From contig JAHKAP010000035.1 in the NCBI GenBank assembly GCA_018825985.1, positions 1 to 62,788 on the forward strand: a stretch of 62,788 nt of DNA. The letters are read 5' to 3'. The stretch's first letter is position 1; each line of letters opens with the position of its first letter. Below, piece after piece: positions 22,842 through 31,897 of the stretch. The translations under genes were made by a program, and so were the position numbers. The DNA is from Candidatus Omnitrophota bacterium. GTDB taxonomy: Bacteria > Omnitrophota > Gorgyraeia > Gygaellales > Profunditerraquicolaceae. Under the pieces are notes generated by a model. It had not been told where the DNA came from, did not search any database, and saw only the letters and a list, made by a program, of their open reading frames with translations.

Positions 22842-23930
22842 TTATTTATTACGAAAAATATTAGCCCCGGCATCCGCCTCTTCAAACAATTCATTAAAAT
22901 CCCTTAAAATAGTTTCAACCTTGCCCATTACAATATAGCCTTTGGATTTCAGGGACCTATGGAATTTAGCGACCAGTTCTTTTTGAAGATACCGGTTGAA
23001 GTAAATAAAAACATTCCTGCAGAACAGTACATCGGTGTTCTCGATCAGGTCAGGCGTGGTCAGGTCCTGATAGAGGAATTTGACCATATTTTTTATTTCA
23101 CTTTTTAATTTATAATTCCCGCCGCTTAACTGAAAGTATTTCTCGGCGATCTTAGGATCTAAATTTTTTACGCTTTCTTTTGGATATAGCGCCTCTTCCG
23201 CGTCCCGGAGGCATTTTTTATCGATGTCCGTGCCGTAGATCTCCAGGCTGAATTTATCCAGGTCGTTTTTTAACAGTTCTTTTAAAATAATTGCGACGGT
23301 ATAAGGCTCTTCGCCGCTGGCGCATCCGGCCGACCAGATCTTTATACTTTTATCGTTATTGTTATTTTTTAGGCGGATGAGATTCTCTAATAGATATTTT
23401 ACGGTTATCCAGATGTCGCCATCCCGGAAAAATTCTGAGACATTTATGCATAGGGTTTCAAACAGTTTATCGTACTCCTCGGGATTGCTGAAGAGGAAGT
23501 TCATATATTCAGAATAAGATTTCAGGCCGTTGGCGCGGACCCTCGTTGCCAACCTCCTTTTTAAGATTTCCTGATGGTAATTGCGGAAGTCTATGCCTCT
23601 CTCCTCGAATATTTTCTTGAGCATTAATTTAAACAGCTCCTGGCGGTCTTCTTTTAATTTATGTTTAGGATTTTTACTTACAATGTCTATCGCGATAAGG
23701 ATCAGGTGGTTGATTTTACTTTCTTCTTCCGGGCTGTTTTTTTCAGCCAGCGTATGTATCGCGCCTTTTTCAGTGGTAGAGTATTGGACCGGCAGTCGGG
23801 AGAGGATATAGGCGAGCATATCGTCTTCGCAGGTTATGCAGCTGCAGATATCATAGCGGATAGAGAGGGCCCTGGTTAAGCGCTCCCTGACTATTTCTGC
23901 GGTAATATTCCTCAGTTTGCTTTGGGTCAT
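22842..23930 (-). CDS. ComFB-domain / CheR-type SAM methyltransferase fusion protein
   Basis: N-terminal YDICSCITCEDDMLAYILSRLPVQY is ComFB-like with a Cys cluster. CheR signatures: FFRD, IKIWSAGCASGEEPYTVAI and VLFCRNVFIYF. Confidence 0.75.
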   Translation of the reverse strand: MTQSKLRNITAEIVRERLTRALSIRYDICSCITCEDDMLAYILSRLPVQYSTTEKGAIHTLAEKNSPEEESKINHLILIAIDIVSKNPKHKLKEDRQELFKLMLKKIFEERGIDFRNYHQEILKRRLATRVRANGLKSYSEYMNFLFSNPEEYDKLFETLCINVSEFFRDGDIWITVKYLLENLIRLKNNNNDKSIKIWSAGCASGEEPYTVAIILKELLKNDLDKFSLEIYGTDIDKKCLRDAEEALYPKESVKNLDPKIAEKYFQLSGGNYKLKSEIKNMVKFLYQDLTTPDLIENTDVLFCRNVFIYFNRYLQKELVAKFHRSLKSKGYIVMGKVETILRDFNELFEEADAGANIFRNK

Positions 23931-24022
23931 GGCAATTAAATAATAACATAAATATTTTACATTGAAAAGAGCATTTATAAAAAAGGTTTAGATATCAGGG
24001 AACAGTCTCCTGATGTAATTAT

Positions 24023-24054
24023 TGCCAGGTTCGCAGGCTCTCTCCTGCCAGGTT
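24023..24054. promoter_or_regulatory. direct repeat TGCCAGGTT x2 in the divergent cheR-like/msbA control region
   Basis: TGCCAGGTT occurs at 24023-24031 and 24046-24054. Possible regulator binding site; no function can be shown from sequence. Confidence 0.2.
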
Positions 24055-24138
24055 GGCGGAAAATAGAGCACTCGACAAAAAGAGACTATTGTGTTAACAT
24101 ATAATTCTTAAAAATACTACTTATCTTAGGAGAGGTCA

Positions 24139-25938
24139 ATGCGCGATTACCTGAAATTGCTTCGTTTTGTCAAACCCTATCCCGGACTTTTTATTATGGC
24201 AGGCATATGCATGCTCTTTTCTGCCGTATTTGACGGAGTTTCTCTGGGCATGATCGTGCCTATGGCGGACAAAGTCTTGACCAATAAGCAGATCATTGTC
24301 TCGACGAAACTACCGGGTTTCTTAATGAATCTTATCGGTTTTATTAACGGCGTTCAGCCGCTGGCCATGCTTAATTATATTGCTGTGGCTACTATATTCC
24401 TGTTTTTATTTAAAGGTATATTCGGCTTTCTGCAAAGTTATCTTATGTCGGATATAGGACAGCTGGTAGTTAGGGATATCCGGGCCAAACTTTATACCAA
24501 ACTTCATGCTTTATCTATGGATTATTTTACCCAGAAGCGCGGAGGCGAGCTGATCTCCCGGATCACCAACGACGTAAAATTGGTGGAAAACGCTGTTTCT
24601 TACGGCTCCACGGACATGATTTACCAAACCTTACAGGTAATTCTTTTTACCACTTTAATATTCTTTATCCATTGGAAGATGGCCTTGACTGCCCTGGTGC
24701 TTCTTCCGTTAATCAGCCTGCCGATTATTAAGGTAGGTAAGGTGTTAAGGAAACTCTCCCGTAAAACCCAGGAGGTTATGGCAGATATCAATTCAATACT
24801 TTACGAGAGCATCCTGGGCGCCAGGATCATCAAAGCATTTAATATGGAGAGTTACGAGGTCGCTAAATTCAGCCAGACCAATCAGTATTATTACCGGCTT
24901 TCGATGAAATCAATCAAGCGTACTCTGCTCTTAGGCCCGTTTACCGAGATCTTAGGCGCTATTGCCGGTATTTTTGTTTTTTTATGGGCGGGTAAAGAGG
25001 TGATTGCGGGAAAGCTTTCTTTCGGCGTATTCGGTTTGTTTATGGCGTCATTACTTTCTTTGATCCGGCCGTTTAAAAAATTGAGCCAGGTAAATTCGAT
25101 AATCCAGCAGGCTATGGCGGCCAATTCCCGCATTTATGAAGTTTTGGATACTATACCGACGGTAGTTGAAAGAAAGAATACCCAGGAACTAAATGATTTT
25201 AAAAACAGCCTTATCTTTGAGGATGTCTGGTTTAATCATGGCGCTCAGGAGATTATAAGAGGGATTAACCTGGAGGTAAAAAAAGGCCAGGTAGTGGGTA
25301 TCGTCGGCCCGAGTGGCGCGGGCAAGACTACTTTAGTGGATTTGATCCCCCGTTTTTACGATCCTTTAAGAGGGAGGATCCTGATCGATGGCCAGGATGA
25401 AAAGAGTTTCAGCCTTAAATCATTGCGTCAACAGATCGGTATTGTTACCCAGGAGACCATTTTATTTAATGATACCATTAGGACTAATATTGCTTACGGA
25501 AGGCCGGACGCGTCTAATGAAGATATAGAGCGGGCTGCTATGCAATCTCATGCCCATGATTTTATCCAGCGCCTGCCTTTAGGCTATGATACATTTATCG
25601 GAGACAGGGGGATGAAATTATCCGGAGGAGAAAGGCAGAGGATCGCCATCGCCAGGGCGATTTTAAAGGATCCTCCGATATTGATTTTGGATGAGGCAAC
25701 CTCACAGCTGGATACCGAGGCTGAACGCCTCGTCCAGGAGGCTATAAATAAGCTGATAAAAGGACGCACGGTATTTGTTATCGCCCACCGTCTTTCTACT
25801 ATAAGGCATGTCCATCGAATACTTGTTTTAAAAGAAGGCAGGATCATTGAAGAAGGAACCCATGCCGAACTTCTGGAAAAACAGGGATTGTACCATAAGC
25901 TCTACTGCAACCAGGATTTTCATAAATCCGAAAACTAG
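24139..25938 (+). CDS. msbA: MsbA-like ABC transporter (fused permease/ATPase; lipid A/LPS flippase family)
   Basis: Six-TM N-terminal half, then GPSGAGKTT (Walker A), LSGGERQRIAIARA (ABC signature) and ILILDEATS (Walker B). It lies in an LPS/Kdo operon context. Confidence 0.8.
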   Translation: MRDYLKLLRFVKPYPGLFIMAGICMLFSAVFDGVSLGMIVPMADKVLTNKQIIVSTKLPGFLMNLIGFINGVQPLAMLNYIAVATIFLFLFKGIFGFLQSYLMSDIGQLVVRDIRAKLYTKLHALSMDYFTQKRGGELISRITNDVKLVENAVSYGSTDMIYQTLQVILFTTLIFFIHWKMALTALVLLPLISLPIIKVGKVLRKLSRKTQEVMADINSILYESILGARIIKAFNMESYEVAKFSQTNQYYYRLSMKSIKRTLLLGPFTEILGAIAGIFVFLWAGKEVIAGKLSFGVFGLFMASLLSLIRPFKKLSQVNSIIQQAMAANSRIYEVLDTIPTVVERKNTQELNDFKNSLIFEDVWFNHGAQEIIRGINLEVKKGQVVGIVGPSGAGKTTLVDLIPRFYDPLRGRILIDGQDEKSFSLKSLRQQIGIVTQETILFNDTIRTNIAYGRPDASNEDIERAAMQSHAHDFIQRLPLGYDTFIGDRGMKLSGGERQRIAIARAILKDPPILILDEATSQLDTEAERLVQEAINKLIKGRTVFVIAHRLSTIRHVHRILVLKEGRIIEEGTHAELLEKQGLYHKLYCNQDFHKSEN

Positions 25939-25956
25939 AATAGTAAAACTAACTAC

Positions 25957-26042
25957 ACGGATTATTACGGATTCTTTATACTGATTTCTACGGATTAAAC
26001 AAACCGAGTGCATTAGCGCTGTAAAATCCGCGTGAATCCGCG
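25957..26042. repeat. cluster of ACGGATT / AATCCGCG motifs (msbA-rfaE1 spacer)
   Basis: ACGGATT at 25957, 25967 and 25990. The inverted form AATCCG(CG) is at 26025 and 26035. A similar cluster lies at 31898-31977. Confidence 0.7.
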
Positions 26043-26055
26043 TTAAGAAATAAAG

Positions 26056-26084
26056 TTGATTTGGTTATAAAATTGTGATAAATT
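26056..26084 (+). promoter_or_regulatory. possible sigma70-like promoter for rfaE1/kds operon
   Basis: TTGATT (26056-26061), 17-nt spacer, TAAATT (26079-26084). Confidence 0.3.
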
Positions 26085-26122
26085 AATAAAGTTGTCTTTG
26101 GCCTTTTAGGGGGTAAAAGAAT

Positions 26123-27142
26123 ATGCCGGATTTTGAGCAAATAATCAATAAATTCAATAAAGCGAATATACTGGTGATCGGCGATTTGATCCTGGATGAA
26201 TTCATCTGGGGGGATGTGGAGAGGATATCTCCGGAGGCGCCGGTGCCGGTAGTCTGGGCCAAAAAACGCACTTTTATACCCGGAGGAGCGGCAAACGTAG
26301 CCAACAACATCCGTTCGCTTGACGGGAATGTCTGCCTGGCCGGGGTTATCGGCAAAGATAAAAATACCGGTATTCTACTGGCTGAATTAAAAAAACGCAA
26401 GATTTCCACCGCGGGTATTTTTGCTACTGCCCAAAGGTGCACTACTTTAAAGACCAGGATCGTTGCCGGCCATCAGCAGGTGGTTAGACTTGACTGGGAA
26501 GATGTTGAACCGCTCACCCGCCAAACAAATCAAGGGATCATTGGTTTTATCAGGAGGAATATACATAAGTTTGACGCTATTATTATCGAGGATTATGGCA
26601 AAGGCGTGATCAATATGGAGCTTTTGGGGATGGTCTTAAGCCTGGCCAGGAAACACAAAAAGATAATTAATGTCGATCCCAAGGAAGAACACTTTCAATA
26701 CTATAAAGGAGTCACTTGTATTACTCCTAACCGTAAAGAGCTGGAGAACGCGGCCAGGAATATAAAGATCCGGGATAATACCAATAGGTTTAAGCTGGAT
26801 AATTATAGGTTATCGGCTATGAAAGATGTGGACGTGGCAGCAGAGCATATAATGAGATATCTGGACTTGGATGCGGTCTTGGTTACTTTAGGCGAACAGG
26901 GTATGAAGCTTTTCGAGAAAAATAAGAAAGTAGTTCATATACCCACAGTGGCCCAGGAGGTATTTGATGTTTCCGGAGCCGGGGATACGGTTATCGCCGC
27001 CTTTACCTTAAGCCTTTGTTCGGGGGCGGCTAAAGTTGAGGCAGCCCGGATCGCTAATTATGCCGCGGGGATAGTTGTCGGTAAATTGGGCACAGCGGTA
27101 ACTAACCGAAAAGAGTTATTGGAAAAGCTAAATAAGGTATAA
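26123..27142 (+). CDS. rfaE1: D-glycero-beta-D-manno-heptose-7-phosphate kinase (RfaE domain I, PfkB family)
   Basis: ILVIGDLILDEFIWGDVERISPEAPVPVV and DVSGAGDTVIAAF. There is no adenylyltransferase domain (339 aa). Confidence 0.8.
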   Translation: MPDFEQIINKFNKANILVIGDLILDEFIWGDVERISPEAPVPVVWAKKRTFIPGGAANVANNIRSLDGNVCLAGVIGKDKNTGILLAELKKRKISTAGIFATAQRCTTLKTRIVAGHQQVVRLDWEDVEPLTRQTNQGIIGFIRRNIHKFDAIIIEDYGKGVINMELLGMVLSLARKHKKIINVDPKEEHFQYYKGVTCITPNRKELENAARNIKIRDNTNRFKLDNYRLSAMKDVDVAAEHIMRYLDLDAVLVTLGEQGMKLFEKNKKVVHIPTVAQEVFDVSGAGDTVIAAFTLSLCSGAAKVEAARIANYAAGIVVGKLGTAVTNRKELLEKLNKV

Positions 27143-27147
27143 AAATT

Positions 27148-27894
27148 ATGGATGTAATAGGAGTAATACCGGCGCGATATTCTTCTACCAGGTTCGCGGG
27201 AAAAGTTTTAGCCGATATATTAGGTAAACCGATGCTGCAACATGTCTGGGAGAGGTCCAAAAAATCACTGCTTTTGGATGATTTGATCATTGCCTGTGAC
27301 GAGGATAAAGTAGCTGAAAAAGCCCGCGAGTTCGGGGCTAAAGTAGTAATGACATCTAAGGGCCATGTCTGCGGCACAGACAGGATAGCTGAAGTAGTTA
27401 ATCCTCTGGATGTAAAGGTTATAATTAATATCCAGGCTGACGAGCCCCTGATCCATCCGAGCATGATCGATAGCGTAGCCCAGGCTTTACTGGGGAATAA
27501 ATCAATTTCTATGGCTACGCTGATGAAAAAAATTGAAAGCCACGAGCTTATAAAGGACCCGAATATAGTAAAGGTGGTTGTAGATATGAATAATTTCGCT
27601 CTTTATTTTTCCCGGGCCGCTATACCTTTCAGGGCCGCGAATTCAGATATTGCATTGCCGGCTTATTATAAACATATCGGCCTCTACGGTTACACTAAGG
27701 ATTTTTTGTTCATTTACAAGAACCTGGCGCCTTCGAATCTGGAAAGAATAGAAAAACTGGAACAGCTGAGGGTCCTGGAAGAAGGTTACCGGATAAAAGT
27801 AATTGAGACCAAATACGATTCCATCGGTGTAGATACGCCCGAAGATTTAGAGAAAGTTGAAGAGTATTTGAAGGCTGAAACGGAAAAAAAATAA
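27148..27894 (+). CDS. kdsB: 3-deoxy-manno-octulosonate cytidylyltransferase (CMP-Kdo synthetase)
   Basis: IGVIPARYSSTRFAGKVLADILGKPMLQHVWER, NIQADEPL and GVDTPEDL. Confidence 0.9.
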   Translation: MDVIGVIPARYSSTRFAGKVLADILGKPMLQHVWERSKKSLLLDDLIIACDEDKVAEKAREFGAKVVMTSKGHVCGTDRIAEVVNPLDVKVIINIQADEPLIHPSMIDSVAQALLGNKSISMATLMKKIESHELIKDPNIVKVVVDMNNFALYFSRAAIPFRAANSDIALPAYYKHIGLYGYTKDFLFIYKNLAPSNLERIEKLEQLRVLEEGYRIKVIETKYDSIGVDTPEDLEKVEEYLKAETEKK

Positions 27895-27895
27895 A

Positions 27896-28717
27896 ATGAC
27901 AAAAGTTGTAAAAATCCAGGATATAAAAGTCGGAGGCGGCAATCCTTTTGTGTTGATCGCCGGGCCTTGTGTTATTGAATCTGAGTCCGGTGTTTTGGAT
28001 ACCGCAAAAAAGATCAAGGATATTACAGCTAAACTAGGCATACCATTTATTTTTAAATCCAGTTATGATAAAGCCAATCGGATGTCCATTGATTCTTATC
28101 GCGGACCGGGATTTAAAAAGGGCCTGGATATTCTGTATAAGGTAAGACAAAAGATCAAGGTTCCGATTTTAAGCGATGTGCATTGCCGGGAAGAAGTCAT
28201 TGCGGCTAAGTGCGTTTTAGATGTGATACAAATACCGGCTTTATTATGCCGGCAGACAGACCTGGTGTTAGCAGCAGCTAAGAGCGGGAAGGCAGTTAAT
28301 ATTAAAAAAGGCCAGTTTGTCGCTCCTTGGGATATTCAACCGATGATCCGCAAAGCCGAATCAACGGGAAATAAGTCAATTTTGATTACCGAAAGAGGGT
28401 TTTCATTCGGTTATAATAATCTGGTTTCCGACCTACGTTCTCTTTCGATAATGCGGGGGTTTGGCTATCCGGTGATCTATGACGCTACCCACAGTATTCA
28501 GTTACCCGCAGGCAAAGGAACATCATCAGGCGGTCAGAAAGAATTTGTTTCCGGGTTATCCCGGGCAGCAGTTGCTTTTGGCTGTGATGGTTTATTTCTG
28601 GAAGTGCATGTTTCCCCGGATAAGGCTCTTTGCGACGGGCCGAATATGATCGACCTGAAAGAGCTGGAGAATTTGTTAAAGCAGGTAAAAAGCATAGAAA
28701 AAGCATTAAGCAATTAG
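27896..28717 (+). CDS. kdsA: 2-dehydro-3-deoxyphosphooctonate aldolase (Kdo8P synthase)
   Basis: FVLIAGPCVIES, FKSSYDKANR and VIYDATHS. Confidence 0.9.
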   Translation: MTKVVKIQDIKVGGGNPFVLIAGPCVIESESGVLDTAKKIKDITAKLGIPFIFKSSYDKANRMSIDSYRGPGFKKGLDILYKVRQKIKVPILSDVHCREEVIAAKCVLDVIQIPALLCRQTDLVLAAAKSGKAVNIKKGQFVAPWDIQPMIRKAESTGNKSILITERGFSFGYNNLVSDLRSLSIMRGFGYPVIYDATHSIQLPAGKGTSSGGQKEFVSGLSRAAVAFGCDGLFLEVHVSPDKALCDGPNMIDLKELENLLKQVKSIEKALSN

Positions 28718-28750
28718 GAAACTGTTTCCGATTTGTTCGGGACAGTGGGG
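28717..28750 (+). repeat. same repeat, copy 4, in the kdsA-kdsD spacer
   Basis: ggaaactgtttccgatttgttcgggacagtgggg begins at the last base of the kdsA stop codon (TAG 28715-28717). Confidence 0.85.
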
Positions 28751-28773
28751 TTTGTTTCAGCAGCGAGCGAATA

Positions 28774-29742
28774 ATGAAAATCAATACTATAAAAAGAGCT
28801 AAAGAAGTCTTGGATATTGAGATTGAGGCGATCAGAATTTTAAAGTCCCGGCTGGGAAATGATTTTACAAAAGCTTTGGAGATGATGTTTAAGGCCAAAG
28901 GAAGGATCGTGGTAAGCGGGATGGGTAAGACCGGTATTATCGCCCAGAAACTCTCTGCTACCCTGGCTTCGACAGGCACGCCAAGTTTATTCCTGCATAC
29001 AACTGAAGCGGTTCACGGTGATTTAGGCAGGGTAACCAGCGAAGATGTGGTTATAATAATTTCTAACAGCGGCTCAAGCGAAGAGTTAAAGCAATTAATG
29101 CCGCTTTTAAAAAAGATAGGCTCGAAAGTAATCGCTCTTACCGGAAATCTTAAATCCGTTTTGTCTAAATATAGCGACGCAGTCCTGGATGTTTCAGTAA
29201 AAAAAGAAGCCTGTCCTTTAGGCCTGGCTCCTACAGCTTCTACTACCGCGGCTTTAGCTATGGCGGATGCTTTAGCAGTCTGCCTTTTGGAATTAAAAGG
29301 TTTTGAAGAGAAAGATTTTGCTTTTTTCCATCCGGGCGGGGCTTTAGGCAAACGCCTGCTTTTAAAGGTAAGCGATATTATGCGCTCGGGGAAAGCCAGC
29401 CCTGTGGTTGATGCGGGTATGTTAGTCTCCCGGGTCCTGCTTAAGATTACTCAGGCTAGGGCAGGCTCAGCTACGATAGTGGATAAAAAAGGAAGTCTCG
29501 TTGGCATTTTTACCGACGGAGACCTGCGCCGGCACCTGGAGGCGGATGCAAACCTCTCTAAGCGTAGAATAAGCGAGGTAATGACTAAGAATCCGCTAGT
29601 CATAACCGCTGACAGGCTGGCTGCCGAAGGCATGCGTATCCTGGAAGAAAAAAAGATTGACGAAATCCCAGTTGTGGATAAGAATAATAAGCCTGTAGGC
29701 CTGCTGGATATCCAGGACCTGTTAAGGGCTGGTCTGGTTTAA
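28774..29742 (+). CDS. kdsD: arabinose-5-phosphate isomerase (KpsF/GutQ family; SIS + tandem CBS)
   Basis: VVSGMGKTGIIAQKLSATLASTGTPS (SIS) and C-terminal CBS pairs. I place the start at ATG 28774 (MKINTIK), because the longer ORF from 28630 overlaps kdsA and the repeat. Confidence 0.85.
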   Translation: MKINTIKRAKEVLDIEIEAIRILKSRLGNDFTKALEMMFKAKGRIVVSGMGKTGIIAQKLSATLASTGTPSLFLHTTEAVHGDLGRVTSEDVVIIISNSGSSEELKQLMPLLKKIGSKVIALTGNLKSVLSKYSDAVLDVSVKKEACPLGLAPTASTTAALAMADALAVCLLELKGFEEKDFAFFHPGGALGKRLLLKVSDIMRSGKASPVVDAGMLVSRVLLKITQARAGSATIVDKKGSLVGIFTDGDLRRHLEADANLSKRRISEVMTKNPLVITADRLAAEGMRILEEKKIDEIPVVDKNNKPVGLLDIQDLLRAGLV

Positions 29743-29754
29743 TTCCCCTATAAA

Positions 29755-30282
29755 ATGGAAGAATATATATTAGAGAAGGCCAAAAGAGTTAAGTTATTGT
29801 TATTGGATGTTGACGGGGTCCTGACCGACGGAAGGATAATTTACGATTCTTCACTCCGTGATATGAAGTTTTTTGACGTGCATGACGGCCTGGGGGTGTA
29901 TCTTTTAAAAAGGTACGGTATCCCGACCATACTTATTACAGCCAAGGGTTCCCGGGCGATAAAACCCAGGGCCCGGGATATGCGGGTTGATATGGTATTT
30001 AAGAATATATCTCCCAAGAGCAAGGTCTTGCCGAAGATTTTAAGGAAATACAGGCTGACTAAGGATGAGGTATGTTTTGCCGGCGATGACCTGGCGGATA
30101 TCTGCTTGATGAAAAGGGTTGGTTTTCCGGTGGCTGTATTTAACGCCTGCCCGGAAGTAAAAAGAGTTGCTTCTTATATTACGATGAAAGAAGGAGGCAG
30201 GGGCGCGGTCAGGGAGATAGCGGAATTGATCCTTAAGACCCAGGGTAAATGGAAGGAAGCGCTTGGGCTTTATGATATTTGA
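29755..30282 (+). CDS. kdsC: Kdo-8-phosphate phosphatase (HAD)
   Basis: LLLLDVDGVLTDGRIIYD and FAGDDLADI. Confidence 0.85.
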   Translation: MEEYILEKAKRVKLLLLDVDGVLTDGRIIYDSSLRDMKFFDVHDGLGVYLLKRYGIPTILITAKGSRAIKPRARDMRVDMVFKNISPKSKVLPKILRKYRLTKDEVCFAGDDLADICLMKRVGFPVAVFNACPEVKRVASYITMKEGGRGAVREIAELILKTQGKWKEALGLYDI

Positions 30283-31192
30283 AAAGTTAGTCCCCTTAAT
30301 ACTAATCCTGATATTTTGCGTATCACCGGCCAGGGCTGCGGATAACACTGCTCAAACCCAGAATGATTCTGACCAACAGGTCCAGGATTTTACCCTTTCC
30401 GGTTACGCTGATAAGGGTAAGAGGAATTGGGATATCAAAGGTAAATCCGCGGATATTTCAGCGCAGAGCATCAAGCTGAATAATATTACCAGTAATTTTT
30501 ACGGGGAATCGGATAATGTAACCTTGACCGCCGACACCGGCGATTATAACCGCATCGCCGGAAAGATGCACTTAGAAAAGAATGTGGTAGTAACTATTTC
30601 TTCCGGGGCTAAGATGACTACAAATTCCCTGGATTGGGATAAACAGAATAAGACCATTTCAACCGAAGATAAGGTAAAGATAGAAAAAGAAAATGTTGTT
30701 ACTACCGGTAAAGGAGTTTTTAGCCGTCCGGAATTAAACCAGGCTAGTTTAACTAAAGATGTGTCGGTGGATATCCTGCCGCTTCCCGGCGAGTCATCTA
30801 AGGGTAAGGGTTTTGGCAAGGTAGTAATTACCTGCGACGGGCCGCTGCAGATCGACTATCATAAGAAAACCGCTACTTTTAATAAGAACGTAAAAGTGGT
30901 TACTAAAGATATGGTCATACACTCCGATATAATGGATGTATATTTCAGCTCCTCGGATAAAAAAGACTTGCCCAAAAAACTCGAGAATATCGCGGAGGGT
31001 TCGATGTTCATGGGTTCGCAGATCGACAAGATCCGGGCCTGGGGGAATGTTAAGATAGTCCGGGGCAGCAATGTTTCTTACAGCGATGAGGCGATTTATA
31101 ACTCGGTGGACAATAAGATCATACTTTCGGGAAGACCAAAGCTAGAGATAGCTTCAGTGGAGGACTTTCAAGGTGCACTTACTGGAAATTAA
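30272..31192 (+). CDS. LptC-like + LptA/OstA-like fused LPS transport protein
   Basis: N-terminal anchor/signal LVPLILILIFCVSPARA. The first half shows LptC-like beta-jellyroll patterning and the second half is OstA_N-like (AWGNVKIVRG ... EAIYNSVDNKIILSG). It is the only ORF between kdsC and lptB. Confidence 0.6.
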   Translation: MIFEKLVPLILILIFCVSPARAADNTAQTQNDSDQQVQDFTLSGYADKGKRNWDIKGKSADISAQSIKLNNITSNFYGESDNVTLTADTGDYNRIAGKMHLEKNVVVTISSGAKMTTNSLDWDKQNKTISTEDKVKIEKENVVTTGKGVFSRPELNQASLTKDVSVDILPLPGESSKGKGFGKVVITCDGPLQIDYHKKTATFNKNVKVVTKDMVIHSDIMDVYFSSSDKKDLPKKLENIAEGSMFMGSQIDKIRAWGNVKIVRGSNVSYSDEAIYNSVDNKIILSGRPKLEIASVEDFQGALTGN

Positions 31193-31895
31193 GGGTTTAT
31201 CCAAATCTTACGACGGAAGAGAAGTGGTCAAAGGCGTAGACATGTTGGTCAAGCGCGGCGAGATCGTCGGCCTCTTAGGGCCTAACGGCGCCGGTAAGAC
31301 CACTACTTTTTATATGGTTGTCGGGATCATCGCGCCCAATAAGGGGAAGATAATTTTTGACAACGAAGACATAACCTCTCTTCCGATACACGAACGTTCG
31401 CGCTACGGAATAGGATATCTTTCCCAGGAACCGTCAATATTCAGGAAACTAACGGTTGAAGAAAATATTATGGCTATCTTGGAGACTCTTGCGATAAATA
31501 AGAAGACCCGCATGAAGAGACTTAAGAATCTGCTGGAGGAACTTAAGATCGCCCATCTGGCTAAAAATAAGGCTTTTACCCTCTCCGGAGGAGAGAGGAG
31601 GCGGCTTGAGATCACCCGGGCGCTGGTTACTAATCCATCGTTTATACTTTTGGATGAGCCGTTCTCAGGGATAGACCCGATAATTGTTAATGAAGCTCAG
31701 GAGATCATCAAGGAATTAAGGCAGAAAGGGCTGGGGATATTGCTCACTGATCATAACGTAAGAGAGACCTTGTCTATAACTGACCGGGCTTATCTGATCG
31801 CCGAAGGGAAGATCTTGATCTCCGGGCCGACCGAAGAATTGATCAATAATCCTAAAGCCAAAGAGATATACTTAGGAGAAAAGTTCAGAATGTAG
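31173..31895 (+). CDS. lptB: LPS export ABC transporter ATP-binding protein
   Basis: GLLGPNGAGKTTTFYM, LSGGERRRLEITRAL and ILLDEPFSGIDP. GTG start 7 nt after GGAGGA. Confidence 0.9.
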   Translation: MHLLEIKGLSKSYDGREVVKGVDMLVKRGEIVGLLGPNGAGKTTTFYMVVGIIAPNKGKIIFDNEDITSLPIHERSRYGIGYLSQEPSIFRKLTVEENIMAILETLAINKKTRMKRLKNLLEELKIAHLAKNKAFTLSGGERRRLEITRALVTNPSFILLDEPFSGIDPIIVNEAQEIIKELRQKGLGILLTDHNVRETLSITDRAYLIAEGKILISGPTEELINNPKAKEIYLGEKFRM

Positions 31896-31897
31896 GA

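Noticed and set aside
23931-24138. A sigma54-type promoter in the divergent cheR-like/msbA spacer, suggested by ctgccaggttggcgg.
   Set aside because: The sequence does not match the TGGCAC-N5-TTGCA spacing. Only the TGCCAGGTT direct repeat is reported, at low confidence.
26083-26442. 119-aa minus-strand ORF over the rfaE1 start, plus similar antisense ORFs (27102..27464, 29013..29351, 30040..30348, 31790..32157, 41879..42229).
   Set aside because: Each overlaps a well-supported + strand gene or its leader and has no motifs or plausible RBS.
28485-28979. 164-aa minus-strand ORF across the kdsA/kdsD junction, and the long version of kdsD starting at 28630.
   Set aside because: The minus-strand ORF is antisense to two conserved genes. 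The 28630 start would overlap kdsA by 88 nt and translate the repeat element. ATG 28774 gives a canonical KdsD N terminus.
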